Assembly (NCBI GenBank): GCA_009914755.4
Contig: CP068257.2
Span: forward strand, 32,896,001 to 32,960,000
Source: the human T2T-CHM13v2.0 reference genome, Homo sapiens
Length of the DNA stretch: 64,000 bases
Direction of reading: 5' to 3'
Shown here: piece after piece, positions 13,228 to 27,591 of the stretch
How positions within the stretch are numbered: position 1 is the first letter of the stretch
Layout of the letters: every line of letters starts with the position of its first letter
Program-made: the position numbers and the translations under genes
The notes under the pieces: model-generated
Database searches by the model: none
Told to the model about the DNA's origin: nothing
What the model saw: only the letters and a program-made list of their open reading frames with translations

Positions 13228-13314
13228 CCTGGTTTCACTTTCGCTGAAGATATCACTGTTTGCCACACAGGCAATCAGGGAGCTAAAACTGTAGTTAAAG
13301 TTTCTAAAATGCAT
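13228..13314 (-). CDS. RCAN1: RCAN1 exon 4 coding part (first exon of isoform RCAN1.4): MHFRNFNYSFSSLIACVANSDIFSESETR
   Basis: ATG is the complement of 13312-13314. The 29 codons are followed by donor AGG|gtaagg (GT is the complement of 13226-13227) and splice in frame to exon 5. The total CDS of 87+174+160+173 nt gives 197 aa plus stop, the known RCAN1.4 size. Confidence 0.92.
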
Positions 13315-13385
13315 CTTGCTTTCTTACAGTGAAAGCGCTACAGACCCACGCAGTCAAGCCCCTAGTGAGATTCCTTTCCAAGAGG
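13315..13385 (-). other. RCAN1: RCAN1 exon 4 5'UTR (TSS position inferred)
   Basis: This sequence lies between the TATA-like element (13412-13419) and the ATG. A TSS ~25-30 nt downstream of the TATA box would give a ~70-nt leader. The boundary is inferred only. Confidence 0.45.
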
Positions 13386-13411
13386 CTGTAGGTTCCTTCT
13401 TGAGCTGGTGC

Positions 13412-13419
13412 TTATAAAG
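13412..13419 (-). promoter_or_regulatory. RCAN1: TATA box (TTTATAAG) for the RCAN1.4 promoter
   Basis: The minus strand reads gcTTTATAAGcacc about 100 nt upstream of the exon-4 ATG, the right distance for a short 5'UTR. Confidence 0.55.
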
Positions 13420-13560
13420 CAGTAAGGGCCAGCCCCCACTCCCTGGGGAAAAAAAAAGTGCAGCTTCCACAGCATCCTGTTTGGACAGCAAATTCCTGAG
13501 TCAAGTCCTGCATGCTTGCAGGCAGACAGGGACAAAGTGTAAGTTTCTACTGGAAAGAGG

Positions 13561-13568
13561 TGACGTCA
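13561..13568. promoter_or_regulatory. Perfect palindromic CRE/ATF site TGACGTCA within the RCAN1.4 promoter
   Basis: An exact 8-bp TGACGTCA lies ~250 bp upstream of the exon-4 ATG, immediately 3' of a GGAAAG motif, giving a composite NFAT:bZIP-like arrangement. Confidence 0.5.
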
Positions 13569-14194
13569 ACACCTTAGTCATTTTCCCTATGCTAATTAAC
13601 TTTGCTTGGGGAGAATGGAAAAAACAGCTGAGGTTTGCTTCACAGCTGCTTTATCAACCTCTCTTGCAGCATAGTTTCCACTGGTAGTAATTCCATTCAG
13701 CTACTCAGACAACACGCTCCTCGGCCGAATGGGACGACCCTTCTTAAGATGGAAAATGTTACAAAAGAAAAAGGATGAAGGTCTGTGGCAATAAACAGCA
13801 ATTAGACTGTAGGGAAATTTCAAGGCTTTGGGAAACCTGGAAACCAAAGTCCGGGTGACATACTTGATCCCTGGAATTTCCTGAAAACCTCAAAGTTTCA
13901 CTTTGGGGTATTAGAGAAAACATTTTGAAATCTGTCTTGGTCAATAAAAATTTTAAAGGACAAAAAGAGGAATCATTTTGAAGTGTAGTTAAAATTTTTT
14001 TCCCCAGTGACATTTTATTGGATGAATGTCCCAATTTCTACTTGTATCCCACAGTGGAATGGAGCAAACAGAACCTAAAACAATCCTAGGATTTTCATTT
14101 GAAAACTTCATTATTATAATTTGAGAACTGGGGATATGAAACACTTCGATCATTTTCAAAGCACTACTGAATTCAGGCAAAGGATACAAAAACA

Positions 14195-14237
14195 CTAGCC
14201 TTTGAAACTGAGCAATCTAGCCTTTGAAACTGAGCAA
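14195..14237. repeat. Tandem duplication of the 21-mer ctagcctttgaaactgagcaa (2 copies, 22-bp period)
   Basis: Two exact copies are separated by a single t, ~900 bp upstream of the RCAN1 exon-4 ATG. Confidence 0.9.
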
Positions 14238-16308
14238 AGAAGCATTAACCCATTTATGCCAGAGGTTGCAATTTTTTGAATTTTTGCCATCAGACCTTGG
14301 CAATGACCTTGAGCAATAGGATATAAATAACTCCCACATGCTTAGCGTTCCAATAATGGAACACTAGGCATAAATGGGTTAAGAGGTCCTGCTTAAAGAC
14401 TCATAAACTAAATGTAAAAAAAAAAAAAAAAAGGAAAGGAAGAAGAAATGGAAAGAATGTACACTATAATTGAAAGGGAAGATGCAGGGAAGATGCCTGG
14501 TTTGGAGAAGTGCTCTGCGATGCAAGACTGACTCTAGTTCTTTCAAAAGGTTGCAACTCTTGAACCTTCTAAGTATTTTACCAGTTTAGATCCCTATGGC
14601 AGCCTGGGTCCTATGTTCTTCTCACTCTCTCCAATTTTATTATCACCTAAAAGCACTCAAGTTATTTAAGCATTCTCTGATTTAGGGGCACACAGGGACA
14701 GCTCTCAAGCTTCCAGAAGTTAAATGGAATCCTGCCATTCACATTTAAAAATTAACTTCAAAGAATCATTAAAGTCAGCCAATAATTTAAAATACATGCA
14801 AGAGGAAGAAACAAAGCAGGGCATTTAGCCTTCCAAAAAAGGAAAAGCAAAGTCCTTTTGGATGAGTGAGTGTTGCTTAATTTCAACGCACTGTGCCTTG
14901 CTGCCAACTGTAGAGTTATGTAAGAAACCAGTTATGGTGTTTGCTTTGCCAAATTATCCATAACTCCCAACCTGAAAAGACATAAACGCATGTATTCCAA
15001 AAAAGTGTAGAATACTGAACAATGCAACATGCATCAAACACCAAGGGGAAGTGGTCATCCTGGATGATGCTTCGAGAGGGAATGTGTATGCTTGCAGTCC
15101 TGCATTTTCAGTACAGGGAGCCTTTGTCTGTCCAGCAGGCACATGAAGATTGTGGTGGTGGGCAGGAGAGGCTAAGGGGAAACAGAGGTGAGGGCAGCAG
15201 ACACAGTCCTGCATTCCACTCCTCCAGAGGGGCTTGGAACTTCTCTGATGTTCCCTCCCCCTCTCCAACTCTTTGTCTCCCCCTTTTCTCTTCTCCTGGC
15301 ATGCACCTGGGCAAATTCCATTAAAAGGTGATCAGAAGAGACAGAAGAGGCTAATTTAGACACAAGAGGCTGATTTCACTGTCTTCTTTTCTCTTTTAAA
15401 ATCATGACACAAAGTTCCAGCTCAATTTTGTGGGCAAATCTCAAACATCTCTGTTCATCTGAGACAACAGTGTGGGCTCACCCGAATATACAATTTTGAT
15501 TTCGTTATATGGATGGAAAAAAAAAAAAAGAACGGTGAGGTATTTGAAGATTGTTCAACTGTCTTTGCTCATAGAAATGATAAATCTTTCACTAGATTGC
15601 CCAAAAACATGTAATTCTATATCTGCCTTTGAATTGATCGGTTCTATCTATCTGAATTGAATTTAGTAAACTTGAGCACTTCCATTTTTAGATCAGGAGT
15701 AAGAGCCGGTCAAAATGGTGGCTGCCACTTTGTAGGGAGACTGGAATGCATGTTCTCTGGCAAAAAAATCACTGGTTCACAAATTGTACCAGAGCCCTGG
15801 ATCAGGGGGAGGGCACTTAGGATCTGCCACCTTGGTTTTCCTTGGCTAAAATGTGAGAGGTATGGAGCAGATTTGAGTTTCCAAAGTGCGTCTTGCTGAG
15901 TAGCAGGAATCCTTAGTGGCACTTGGACACTCTGGTTGGCCAACAGGGCAAAGCACAGGGTTTCCTGGGACACCTGTCCCTGTACCCATAGGGTAAGACT
16001 GCCTTATGCTCATATCAATGCCTCCTCATCTGCTTATCTGACAATTCTTGCTAAGAGAGTCTGTCTTTGACTGCATGTCTATTATACGTGAACTTGCATT
16101 TCTAAAGGTCCTATGCAAATGAATTTACTTTATAAATAGTGATTCTCCCCACTGAGAATAAAAACGGATCCAAAGCAAGTATTTAAAAAGCTGACTTTCC
16201 TACTTGTATATTCCTTGTGGTTTTGGAGGCAAGTATATTCCTGATTCTTGCTTGCTGGTTGGATGTCAGTGATCTGAAGAAAGCAGAGCAAGACCCACAG
16301 CAAGACCT

Positions 16309-16669
16309 CTGATATGGTTGGGCTGTGTCCCCACCAAAATCTCAACTTGAATTGTATCTCCCAGAATTCCCACATATTGTGGGAGGGACCCAGGGGGAGG
16401 TAATTGAATCATGGGGGGCCAGTCTTTCCTGTGCTATTCTCGTGATAGTGAATAAGTCTCACGAGATCTGATGGGTTTATCAGGGGTTTTCACTTTTGCT
16501 TTCTCATCATTTTCCCTTGCTGCCGCCATGTAAGAAGTGTCTTTCACCTCCCGCCGTGATTCTGAGGCCTCCCCAGCCATGTGGAACTGTAAGTCCAATT
16601 AAACCTCTTTTTCTTCCCAGTCTTGGGTATGTCTTGTCTTTATCAGCAGTGTGAAAACGGACTAATATA
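16309..16669 (+). mobile_element. THE1-type MaLR solo LTR
   Basis: tgatatggttgggctgtgtccccaccaaaatctcaacttgaattgtatctcccagaattcccacatattgtgggagggacccaggggg...agcagtgtgaaaacggactaatata matches the THE1 LTR consensus layout (~360 bp). Confidence 0.85.
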
Positions 16670-17164
16670 GTCTCATTAGAGCTCTTGAGAAGCATTCTAA
16701 AACCTGCACTCAACATGATAAAACTGAACCCAGAAGTTAAAGTAAATGAATGTTTTAGTCAACTGAGAGCTTTAGAAGTTTTGCATTTCTTCCACTCACA
16801 CCATAAAAATCATAAATGAGTCTTTTTAACCTGCATTTGCCTCCTCTGGCTCCAAACAGTTTCCATTAGGAAGTTTCCATTTTCAGTGAGGAAAAATTAA
16901 GGTTTATGATGAATTCCATCATTCCCATTACAGCATTCTGAAAGCATCATTAGGATGACTTCAGCACATCCATTATGAACTCTAAGGAGTTGACAACTGC
17001 ACCAAGAATGTGCCCCCTGTGAAGCTGTCTGCAACATGAACTGACCAAAGACAGAAACTGAGTTTTGACTTCCAACACTGAGCAAAAAATGAGGCAACTT
17101 GCAAAGGCTCTCTTGTGAATGAAAATGATGACAGTTACATTTTATTTCAGTTTTTTGCTTCTAA

Positions 17165-17463
<299 letters not shown>

Positions 17464-19492
17464 TAGTTTTACTGTTACTTCACATGTGTAACCATTCCCT
17501 ATAGAATGTGGAGCATTGTTCCCCAGCCTAAGTTACTACACAAAAACAAAACAAAACAAAAAACAACCCCACAAGGGTTTGCTCTCTTCCTCATCTTTAC
17601 CACTTTGTGGTCTAAAAGGCATTATTAACTAAGGAGAAGGTTCTTATTCTCAACTTTTAAGAGGGATTAATATCAAATTCAGAGTTGTGGAGAGGATTCA
17701 TCTAGTGATGGTGGCAAAGTGCCTAGCACAATGCCTGAAACACAGGTGGCGGCTAAAGCACATCAGTTGCCTTTCTATTTCCGATTTCATCGATAAAGAT
17801 ATTGAGGTTCAGAGTGGCACACACTATGTTTAGGAGAGCCGGAACTCACTCTGGGCTTTTCATTGCAGATTCCACGCTTGTTCCAAGGAACTATGCCCGC
17901 CTTGGGCCAATGCCCTGTGGTACTGTAGCTCATTTCCCCATCTCTCTGGGTGGTCCAGGGCACCTTGGATGTCCTCCTATGTGCCCTGCAGGTCCACAGA
18001 AAGTCCTGTAGGTTCTCTATCCCATCCTTCACCGTGCATAGTGCTGCAGGTAGGCAGCCCTCAGCAACTGTAATATCTTCCCAACTGGCCTCGCTTGGCC
18101 GGTGTCTTACCACTCCAACATAATGTGCAAGTCTGACACATAAAAATCCCTGATGCTGACCAAGCTCGGTCACGTTCCTCTCCCGCTGTATAAGCTTCAG
18201 TGATAAGCACTGTTCCTGCTGTAGCCCAGGCAGACTGTTCAAGGTCGTCTTGTGTCTTTCTTGTCACATATCCTGCCAGTGCTGCTCTCACTTTTATGTT
18301 CCTCCAAGACAAATGGCTTATATGCCTCAAAACACACTCCCCTCTTCTCTTCCCCAAGTCTCTGCTCGTGCTCTCCCTCTCCCTGGATTATTCCTCCTTT
18401 CTCCCCTTTCCTTTCCTTCCTTAAGATTGAGTGCAGGCATGTCGTTCTCCAGGAAGCCAACAATGACCCCCCGTGTTAAAAAAATATTATTCAATGATGC
18501 CTGCTGAAGCCCGACAAGGCAGACTTTATTCAGGACCACCACGATGGGTATAGAGACCACCACAACCAGGTCTTGCAGTGGGGGCTGGGGGCGGGGGTAG
18601 ATTGAGCTCAACTCCGAATACAGCATGGCCAAGAAGCAGTGTCAGGGTCAGTGGTGGAAAATTACTAAGAGGAGGCATCGGGGTAAAGAGGACTCTGGCT
18701 AAGCTGACCTAATAGGATTCTTGCTGAAGACAGGCCCGGGTGATCAGACATCACCTGACGGATGGTAGAAGATGAAGAACCCAATCAGATATTAAGGGTG
18801 GGGGGGTTCCTGTTAAACTGACTTTGCGGGGTTCTTTGCTAAAACTGGGTTTTATAAGGAAGTGCACAGGTGAGCCTAGGAAAAGGTTCAGAAACCTGAC
18901 CCAAATTTGGCCAAGCAAAAAATGTTTGTCACCCCAAACCCACTCATACCCTTGTCCAAGGTTTGTTCAGCACTCTCCAAACTTCCTACGTCTGTCTCCA
19001 GCACCGTGCTCACTTCAGTAGGTGACCACCTATGTGATGACACCCTGGTTCTAAACGGTGAACCTCCTGACGGCTTGAGCCACATCTTATTCCACTTGAT
19101 AGTCCTGGTGCTGGTACAAAATAGTCTCTCAAAAATGCCAGCTAAAGAAACAAACTGATGTCTTTCTTCCTGTCACTGTCATCCACTGCTTCTACTTTGA
19201 TCACATAGAACTAAAAACTAGTTCCTCTTTGACACAAGAGTCATTCATACATTTGACGACAGATGTCATCTCATTCACATATCCATTCATTTGATCAGCA
19301 AATACTGAATAGCCTTTTACATGATAGATATGATTGTAGATACTCTAGAAAAGAATAGATAAATGAAGTGTAAACCCTGCCACTAAGATGAGTAGAACTT
19401 TGGATAGTTTTCCTGGATCTTACTTTCGAACATTGCAAATTCCAGCCCCCCACTGCCCACCTTATCAGTCTCATTTAAACAAATATTTTTAA

Positions 19493-19827
<335 letters not shown>

Positions 19828-20229
19828 CAAAATATACTTAAATAGGATACACTGAGAAAGCTTTTCCTACCTCTGTCCCTGTCCACTCCATTCTCACTCT
19901 GCCTGTTAGGTGTAACCTCATTTTTTTAAACCATTTTTATTATTTTGGGGTTTTTTTAATCAAATAAAAGCAATTATGATTTTATTTCCCCCACTTTAAG
20001 TAAATAAAAGGTAACATGCTATATTTAAACAAAACAAACCTTCAATGACTTCCCTTTGCTCCTGAAGTTGAACCTAAGCCTTCTGGTTCATATTCATTCA
20101 TGCATCCCTCCATTTATTCATTCATTTGTCTAAACACTGTTCTAGGTACTAGGAATTCAAATATGAACAAAACAGACAAAACTCCCCGCCCTCTTGGAGC
20201 TTACATTCCAGATGGGGAAAAAAGACACA

Positions 20230-20680
20230 AAACAAGATAGATGGGTACAATCCACAGTATGTTTAGACAGCCTTGAGTGTGGGCAACAGAGCAGCGCGGA
20301 GGGGCAGAAAAGCTGGAAAAGTGGTGAAAGCAAGCCCAGCCAGGGAAGGCATCCTTGAGAAGGGGACATGCGAGTGCGTGAGGACCTGAAGCAGGTAGGG
20401 GAGTGAACTGTTGGATGCTGGGGAACAGCATTCTGGCCCAGGGAACAGCAGGTGTGGAGGCCCTGAGGCAGGAGAATCTGGCACGCTGCAAGCCCAGCAA
20501 GGAGGCTCAGGGTGGCTGTGGAGGAGGGTCATGGAGAAAGTGGTTGGGAATGAGGACAAGAGAGACCTTTAGCCATTGGAAGGACCCTGGCTTGTATTCT
20601 ACAGAAGTGGGAGCCATAAGGGGGTTTGAGCAAAGGTTAGCATGGTCTGTTATGACATGATTTCCATATTACAGAAGTAC
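20230..20680 (+). mobile_element. Probable L2 (LINE) 3'-end fragment
   Basis: ...ggggaacagcattctggcccagggaacagcaggtgtggaggccctgaggcaggagaatctggcacgctgcaagcccagcaaggaggctcagggtggctgtggaggagggtcatggag...gccattggaaggaccctggcttgtattctacagaagtgggagccataagggggtttgagcaaag resembles the L2 3' region; assigned from memory of the consensus. Confidence 0.4.
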
Positions 20681-23600
20681 TCTGGTTTCTGTGTTCAGAA
20701 TACAGCGAAGGGGCGAGGGGGAAGCAAGGTACCCATGAGGAGACAGCTGGGGTAGGCAGGGCAGTGGGAGCTTCTTCTCCAACCATGTGTCCATACCTCC
20801 TCCAGGGACCCCCTCTGCAGTACCCACTTTCTAAAGCTCCTCAGCCAGCTCCTCCCTGTCTCATTCCTGCCTGTTGAACTCTTGTTCATCCTTTAAAGCC
20901 TATCATTAAGTCCAATTCCTCCAGGAGCTCCCCCATCCCCCGACTAAGTGTTCTTTCCCTCCTGTAACCTGGTGACTCCCACCTCCCGCTGTCACCATAG
21001 TCTGCTTGGCATCATAGTCATGTTGGGACTTGGCAATCTTCATACTACAACAAAAGCTTCATGAGGACAATGTGGCTTATTCTGCAGCTCCCCAGAGATG
21101 TAGACAAAAGCTTGTGCAAGTCAATGACACCAAAATTCAGAGAACTGCACCAGTGGGGGCTCATCTGATGCAAACCAAGAGCCAGAATTCACCAGGGCAT
21201 CAAAAGGCCATGGCTTCTGGTGTGACAGACTGAAGGGCAGCCTTTGTCTGTGGTTTGAGCAAAGGCCAGGCCATTCATTGTGGTCACAGGAGGTGGTGTA
21301 GGGTTGTGATGACATTTCTCACAGGCCTCAGGGGAAGCGCTGTGCTTGAGGGCCACATGTATGCTCTGTGGGTGTCACATTCCCGGATGTGCTTCCTATG
21401 TCCTTGCTGTGGGGGGCCTAGCAGGATGCCAGGCACTGGCCCGCACCATCACATGGAGACTGGGAGGCCCGACCACATGGACACTGCGGAGGGCCAGGAT
21501 TCTTCTTATGGGTACACTGCAGAGATCTCCAGCACCAACCCCATGACAAGAGGAAGAGCAGAGTCAATTGGATGCATGTCCACCTTAAGGACCTGTCTTT
21601 AGGGCATGTTTCATAAAGTATCCAGCATATAGGAGAATTTGTATAGAATTTACAAATAAAATGCTTTACTGGCAGATGTACTAGAAAATCTTCTACCAAG
21701 GAGGTTCATAATCCAAAACATTTGGAGACCATGTGTTTAGGCAATAGTGTGATTAAATTCCCAGTTTTCTTTAGGCTTTTTCATGATAAGCAAGTGTAAG
21801 AAAGAGAACAGAAGAACATTCTTCTTGATATAGTTAAAGGAATTTCTATTTTTGTTCACTTTTAGGGAAATCAGGAAATGGGCTCAGGAGTGTATTTCTC
21901 TTAGTATTGCTTTCTTACTGGTAAAATTTGCTTGGCCACAGGGAAGTGGTATAAAGCAAAACACATAACCTTTTTTTTTTTTTTGATGGGCTTTGAAGGC
22001 GTTAACCAGAATGCCCTGGAGAAAATACGGGAGGTGCTGGTTCTGCAACTACAGAGAATGACAACTAAGAATTCTAAATCTGAAATAATGAAATTGTTTA
22101 AAAAAACACTTTGAAGTTTAATGAGTATTAATTTTCTGTAAGAAAACACAATAACTGATATTAAACTTCAGCCAGGCACAGTTCTGATACTTTGAAAAAA
22201 AAATAAGAAACGCTGAAGTATCTTTTGATACTTTGCCTGAATTACTACAAGAGAGTTTACAAATATGTATTTCTGGGATAACACAGAACTTTTATTCCTT
22301 AGATAAAAAATCTGAGTGGCTGATTTATGCCAGTGACCAAAATGATGGCTGCAATTATGCCTGCTCTATATTCATGTTGTTAAAGGTGAAAATGCTAAAG
22401 ACTTTTTTTTTAGCAGAATGGTGATCATGATCTGTTAACACAGTAGAAACAAAAAAAAATCCAAGTATAAAGAAAAAAAAAGAATAAAAAAGAAAAGAAA
22501 AAAATAAAATAATTGGGAAAAACAGGGAGGAAGAGTGTGTACAAATGTACATCTTAAGACTGAGGTCACAGTTCATACTAGATTTCATCTTGTTTGTTAA
22601 ATTCCATGTGCGCTCAGAATTCCATTAACTCTTATTCCGTATTGCCTCAATCTTTCCTTAATATGTAAAGGTTAACCACCCCACTGTAACTTCTTGGAAA
22701 CGCACTGCTTGCAATGTTTAAGATGAAAAAATAGCCATAGGCAAATCAAAACTCTACTTAATGACTTGGAGACCAGCAGATGAGGATTAGGGGAGGCAAC
22801 ATTTATTTGGAGATTACTGGGGCCAAAGCCACCCTAATTAATTACCCTTTATTTGTTCTCTCTTTCCAGAGCCACCTTGCTTTAATTACTGACTTTAATT
22901 TCTGCTTTGATGCCATTCTCAGCCAGGGGCACAGCACTGCAGCAGCAAAAACCTGGGGAAGAACAATCACCCAGGAGTGGGCTGGCTGTGGTCACTCAGG
23001 CCCAGGGAACACCAGTGTCTGGTTAGCCCTCATCCCTGCGCTAAGCAGCTTTCACAACCCCACGGCTGGTTCATTCTCAACAAGTCAGTCCTTCACACGC
23101 AAAGTAGGAATTCTACTTTCCAGGGTTAATGCTGCCTGGAAAACCTTTTCCTTCCGCTGCAGCATTCCATACTCTCCTTAGAGGAGATGATTCTCCCAGG
23201 GAGGCTGGCGCAGTGAGGGGTCCAGGCACACACCACGCCGGCACCTGGTGAATAGCTGGCTGAATGTCAGCGGAGGAGTAAAGGTGAGAGGGTCATGGAG
23301 GGAAGGGGAAAAAAATGAGCAAGATCAAAATCTGCAACTCTTCAATAAAGACAGAAAACCCAGTTCTGAATGGCTTCGCTAAAGATCGTTTGTATCCACA
23401 CCCAGTTTCAAAACTCAAGAGGCAGGTCAGAAATGGTTTTCTGTTGTTGGTTTGTTTTTTCTTTTTCACCAAGTGCTGGGAGAAAAGTGAGTTATGTGCT
23501 CTTACCTGCTATTTCCATTACCATACACACACCCTGTTTCCATGTCTGCAGTTGAGAAGTCCCAACAGGGCACTGCAAACGCTTTCTTTCTGCATTTGGC

Positions 23601-24395
23601 CTGCATTCTTTGCTGATGACTTAAAAGCCTGATAACAAGTCACACGAGGAAGCATGTCCTGTCATCTTCATGAAGGTCACCAATGATTCAAAACATACTG
23701 AAGGAACAATAAACTACATACAAAGAACAAGCAAGACCCCACCACAACTTGGATATTATCTCTGTCCACCCAAAGAGAGAACAACTGTGCCAACCTGGTT
23801 CATCAGGAAAATCTAGGTGTTCCCGTCAAGTGACTAAAATGTGGGCACACATCTTTGCACCGAGTATCTGATTCCTAAGAGCTGTTCCCTTTCCACCAGG
23901 CCTAGAATGGCCCAGTTAGTTTTCTCCTGGTGAACTGTAGCACATTAACATTGACGGAAAATTAGTTGTTAATATTGAAAAATTGGGAGGTGTCACACAG
24001 AAATAGAACTTCTGACTTCTTTTTGGTGGTGGTGGCCCGGGGAGATGTGGCCACCCTGGGCCCAGAGCTCCATTTCACTGTGGCCAAGCAGATGCCCCTT
24101 GTTGGGGAACCCATGCTCTTCAAATACCCCAGGCCTCATCACTGTCTGTGGTCTACTCGCCCCTCCACCAATGATGGCTGCTGGCTGACCAGCCCCCAGG
24201 GCATTTCAATTTGTGGCTTAATTTGGTAATTCATCAAAAACAGATTAGTCACCTGCTAGGGCCAGCCATGGTGTGAGGTGCCAGGCGTACAGGCAGAGAA
24301 GTTTACCCAGCTCTGGGGCTCAAGCTGTTCTATGCCTAACAATTTACACCGAATTATACATGGAGAGGGCATGGCCCTCACTCCCACATGGTAAT

Positions 24396-24412
24396 TGTGT
24401 GTGTGTGTGTGT
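24396..24412. repeat. (TG)n microsatellite
   Basis: tgtgtgtgtgtgtgtgt. Confidence 0.85.
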
Positions 24413-25715
24413 ACTTATTTTTTCATCTGGCCCATGTATGGGCACATCACATTCCTATGGGTGACTCCCTGGGCATCTGTGAAATGTTGTCTCCCACTCC
24501 TGAAATTATGCTGTAAATGCCAGGGAATGGTGGTGACATGGTTATAGCGACGATCTTGATTCTGCTCAAACATAAACCACAGTTGGTTTCTTTAGCAATT
24601 ATTAAGAAATGATTGGGCCATGTCAGAGGAAGACAGAGGAAGAATCTGAACTGTAATTCACTTACAGATTTCTACAGAATTAGATCATGATTCATGGAGG
24701 CAAAAAAAGTTTTGTCAGGAATGGCATTCGAAGACACAGAAAAACAATTTGAAAGGAGCCTGAGGTCCAGGTGTTTTCAGAGTGTGGTCTTTAAGATAGT
24801 TTCTTAAAAGATCATTCGGAGAAGAGAGCATTTTAAACTGCTCTTGTACAAATCTATGGTACATTTTATTCCTTATGTTGAAAATGATGGGAAGATTGTG
24901 CCTGTTTCATCCATTTAAGAAACCCTCCCTGTTGGTCCAAGCCACCGTGGGCTCCTCCATCCTGAGGGAGGACACAGCGGCTCTACTGTCCTCTGTAGAG
25001 GTGAAATTATGTGGCACATACTGTGATCAACCACAGCTACCTGCCAACTCCCCAGCCAATTCCCCACCCACTCCCCGCCATGGGTACTGGCCGCTTCCAG
25101 ACTCTAAGACAGAGGTTCTTGCGCAGGGGAGGTTATTAGGACGAGTGGTGGGGAGGGGAAAGGAAACTGGGCAGAGGGAGAGTGAAGCTACCAAGTGGTC
25201 CTAGTGGAAGCCTAGCCGACTCTACAGGGAGCTTTGAGGATGAGACGACCCTTATCGGAGCAGGAGGACCAGGCCTTGATACCCCCACGTTGGTCAGTTC
25301 TGGGAAGGGGCTACCCTGAGAAGGGGGTGGAACTTGGGCAAGGTGGCTTTGCTCTGCCCCAACAGGGCTGACTGTCAAGGGAGGCTGGGAGACAAATTCT
25401 GTTTTTCTGAAGTGACCTGGGGTGTGTCACTGTGACCAGTGCACCGACCAGCTAACCGACCAACCCGCAAGGCCCAAGCTCAAGGAATTAGAAGGCTCCA
25501 GACTTGCACCCTAAGTTAATCATCTGAAGTCTCAGAAATGTGACAGCCTTTAAACTGAACACCACAAAAATGCTGCTTATTCCACTCCAAATCATTAGCT
25601 CATCATCCATGTAAGGAGCTTCAAGAAGAATATCGGTAAGATTAGCGGTAAATTCAAACAGTTTAAACTTTCAGTATAAACCGCATCAACTCAAATCCCG
25701 AATACTGACTCAACA

Positions 25716-26090
25716 ATTTCACTCCTAGGAATTTATTCTAAAGAAATCCTCATGGCTGTGGGCAAACATTAGATGCAAATATGTTCCTGCAAGGCAAATA
25801 AAATATGCAAAAATATAGTTTTATGTAAATAAAATACATCAAGATCCGTGATCAGATAATATACATACTAAATTCATTCAGTAGACTATAGAGCCACTCA
25901 CAGTAAGGTGGTGAAAACTAATGACATGAAAAGATGTTCAAGACTTGCTGTTAGGAGAAAAAAACAGGTTACAAAGCAATGTTTATTGTTCTCATTTTGG
26001 TGAAAAGAAAGAATATGTGTGATAGTATTAGAAGACTCCTGTGTTTTTCTTCTTGATTATTTGGATTTGGATTATTTAGATTCTAGCATG
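25716..26090 (+). mobile_element. Ancient L1 (L1M-type) 3'-end fragment
   Basis: caatttcactcctaggaatttattctaaagaaatcctcatggctgtgggcaaacattagatgcaaatatgttcc... parallels the L1 3' end caatcccactcctaggtatatacccaagagaaatg... Confidence 0.5.
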
Positions 26091-27270
26091 AATTTCCACA
26101 ATGAACACTTATTACTTTTATAATAACAAAAAAGCTTCTCCTTTCCCCTTCCCTCACTAGATGCTATATATCAATGGTCAAGGTAACCGTGGTTAACAGA
26201 CACAATATGTAAGGGTAAAGGTTAGTTGGAGAGAAAATCGACTTTCCCTGTTTTTGTGTAGTGGTTTGGTATCACGGCTTTTAATATTTGCTCTGTATCT
26301 GTTATGCACAATCTCTAAACCTGCTCATTTTAACCCATTAACATTTTGGAGTGCTAGTTATTGAAAGAATCCTATTTCATACCTAGAAACAGGGATTTCA
26401 CCAGAAAATACTGATTTTGTCTTTCTTTGATTACCTCTCCTGCCTGCCATCTTTATCTGGTGAAATTCTCATTTAATCAGTAGTGTTGGCTGAGCCATTC
26501 TCACTGGAGTCAGGGCTGTCTGAGTGCCAGGGGACACTCATCTGAATTGTTTCTTGTCACTGCCATGTCCCTACATCTATTCCTTGCTCACCTGCATTAT
26601 TTTCCCCATTCTTCTTGCAGTCCCAGAATCACATCCAAGCCCCTTTTCTTTCTCCCTGGATGACCCCTTCCTCTGAATCTCCTTTCTAACAAGACTGGAA
26701 GGTTACGTAATAAACTTCTCCCCATTACAGCATTAATGATGACAGTTGTTTAATATATAAGGCCTTCCCAGAGAATTTGTATTTAATCAGCAAATTCTGG
26801 AGATCAGTCTGCATCTCAAAGGAATGCATTGCTAAGGGGAAAATTCCAGGCAGTAAGTCAGTTACAGGGGAAAATTCTCTGCACAGGTGGGCTCTTCCGG
26901 GGCTGGGTGCTGCCTACGTATTGTTCAAGCACCTACACTGAGCAGATTCTTGCATGGACTGACTGGGATTAAGGGCAGACTTCCAAGAAATCACTCATGT
27001 CTCCATTCATTCAACCACCATTTGTTAAAGATCTCCCACGTGACTTCTCGAACTCCTTGGCTGGGTAAAATTAGCCCTAGTTCTTAGTATTTACCACACT
27101 TTAATTGATTTCCTTCACCGAACTAAGGGTAGACCAAGCCAGAGACCCTGGAACCCTTAAAACCCTTCATAAACATTTGTTGAACAAATGCATGCAGCCA
27201 AGTAACTGACTCTTCCTTAGAGATACAAAGATGAGGAAGGTATGGTTATTCCTTCAAAAAGCTCACAGTG

Positions 27271-27591
<321 letters not shown>

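Larger units (their letters stand above)
13370..14110 (-). promoter_or_regulatory. RCAN1: Cluster of about a dozen GGAAA/TTTCC NFAT-type motifs; the calcineurin/NFAT-responsive RCAN1 exon-4 promoter
   Basis: I count about 12-15 GGAAA-core motifs on both strands within ~750 bp. Examples are tggaaagagg (13551), ttttccc (13581), atggaaaaaac (13615), gtttccac (13674), atggaaaatg (13749), gggaaatttc (13812), gggaaacctggaaacc (13830-13846), tggaatttcc (13873) and tttttttcccc (13995). Published work describes a dense NFAT-site cluster upstream of RCAN1 exon 4. Confidence 0.7.
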
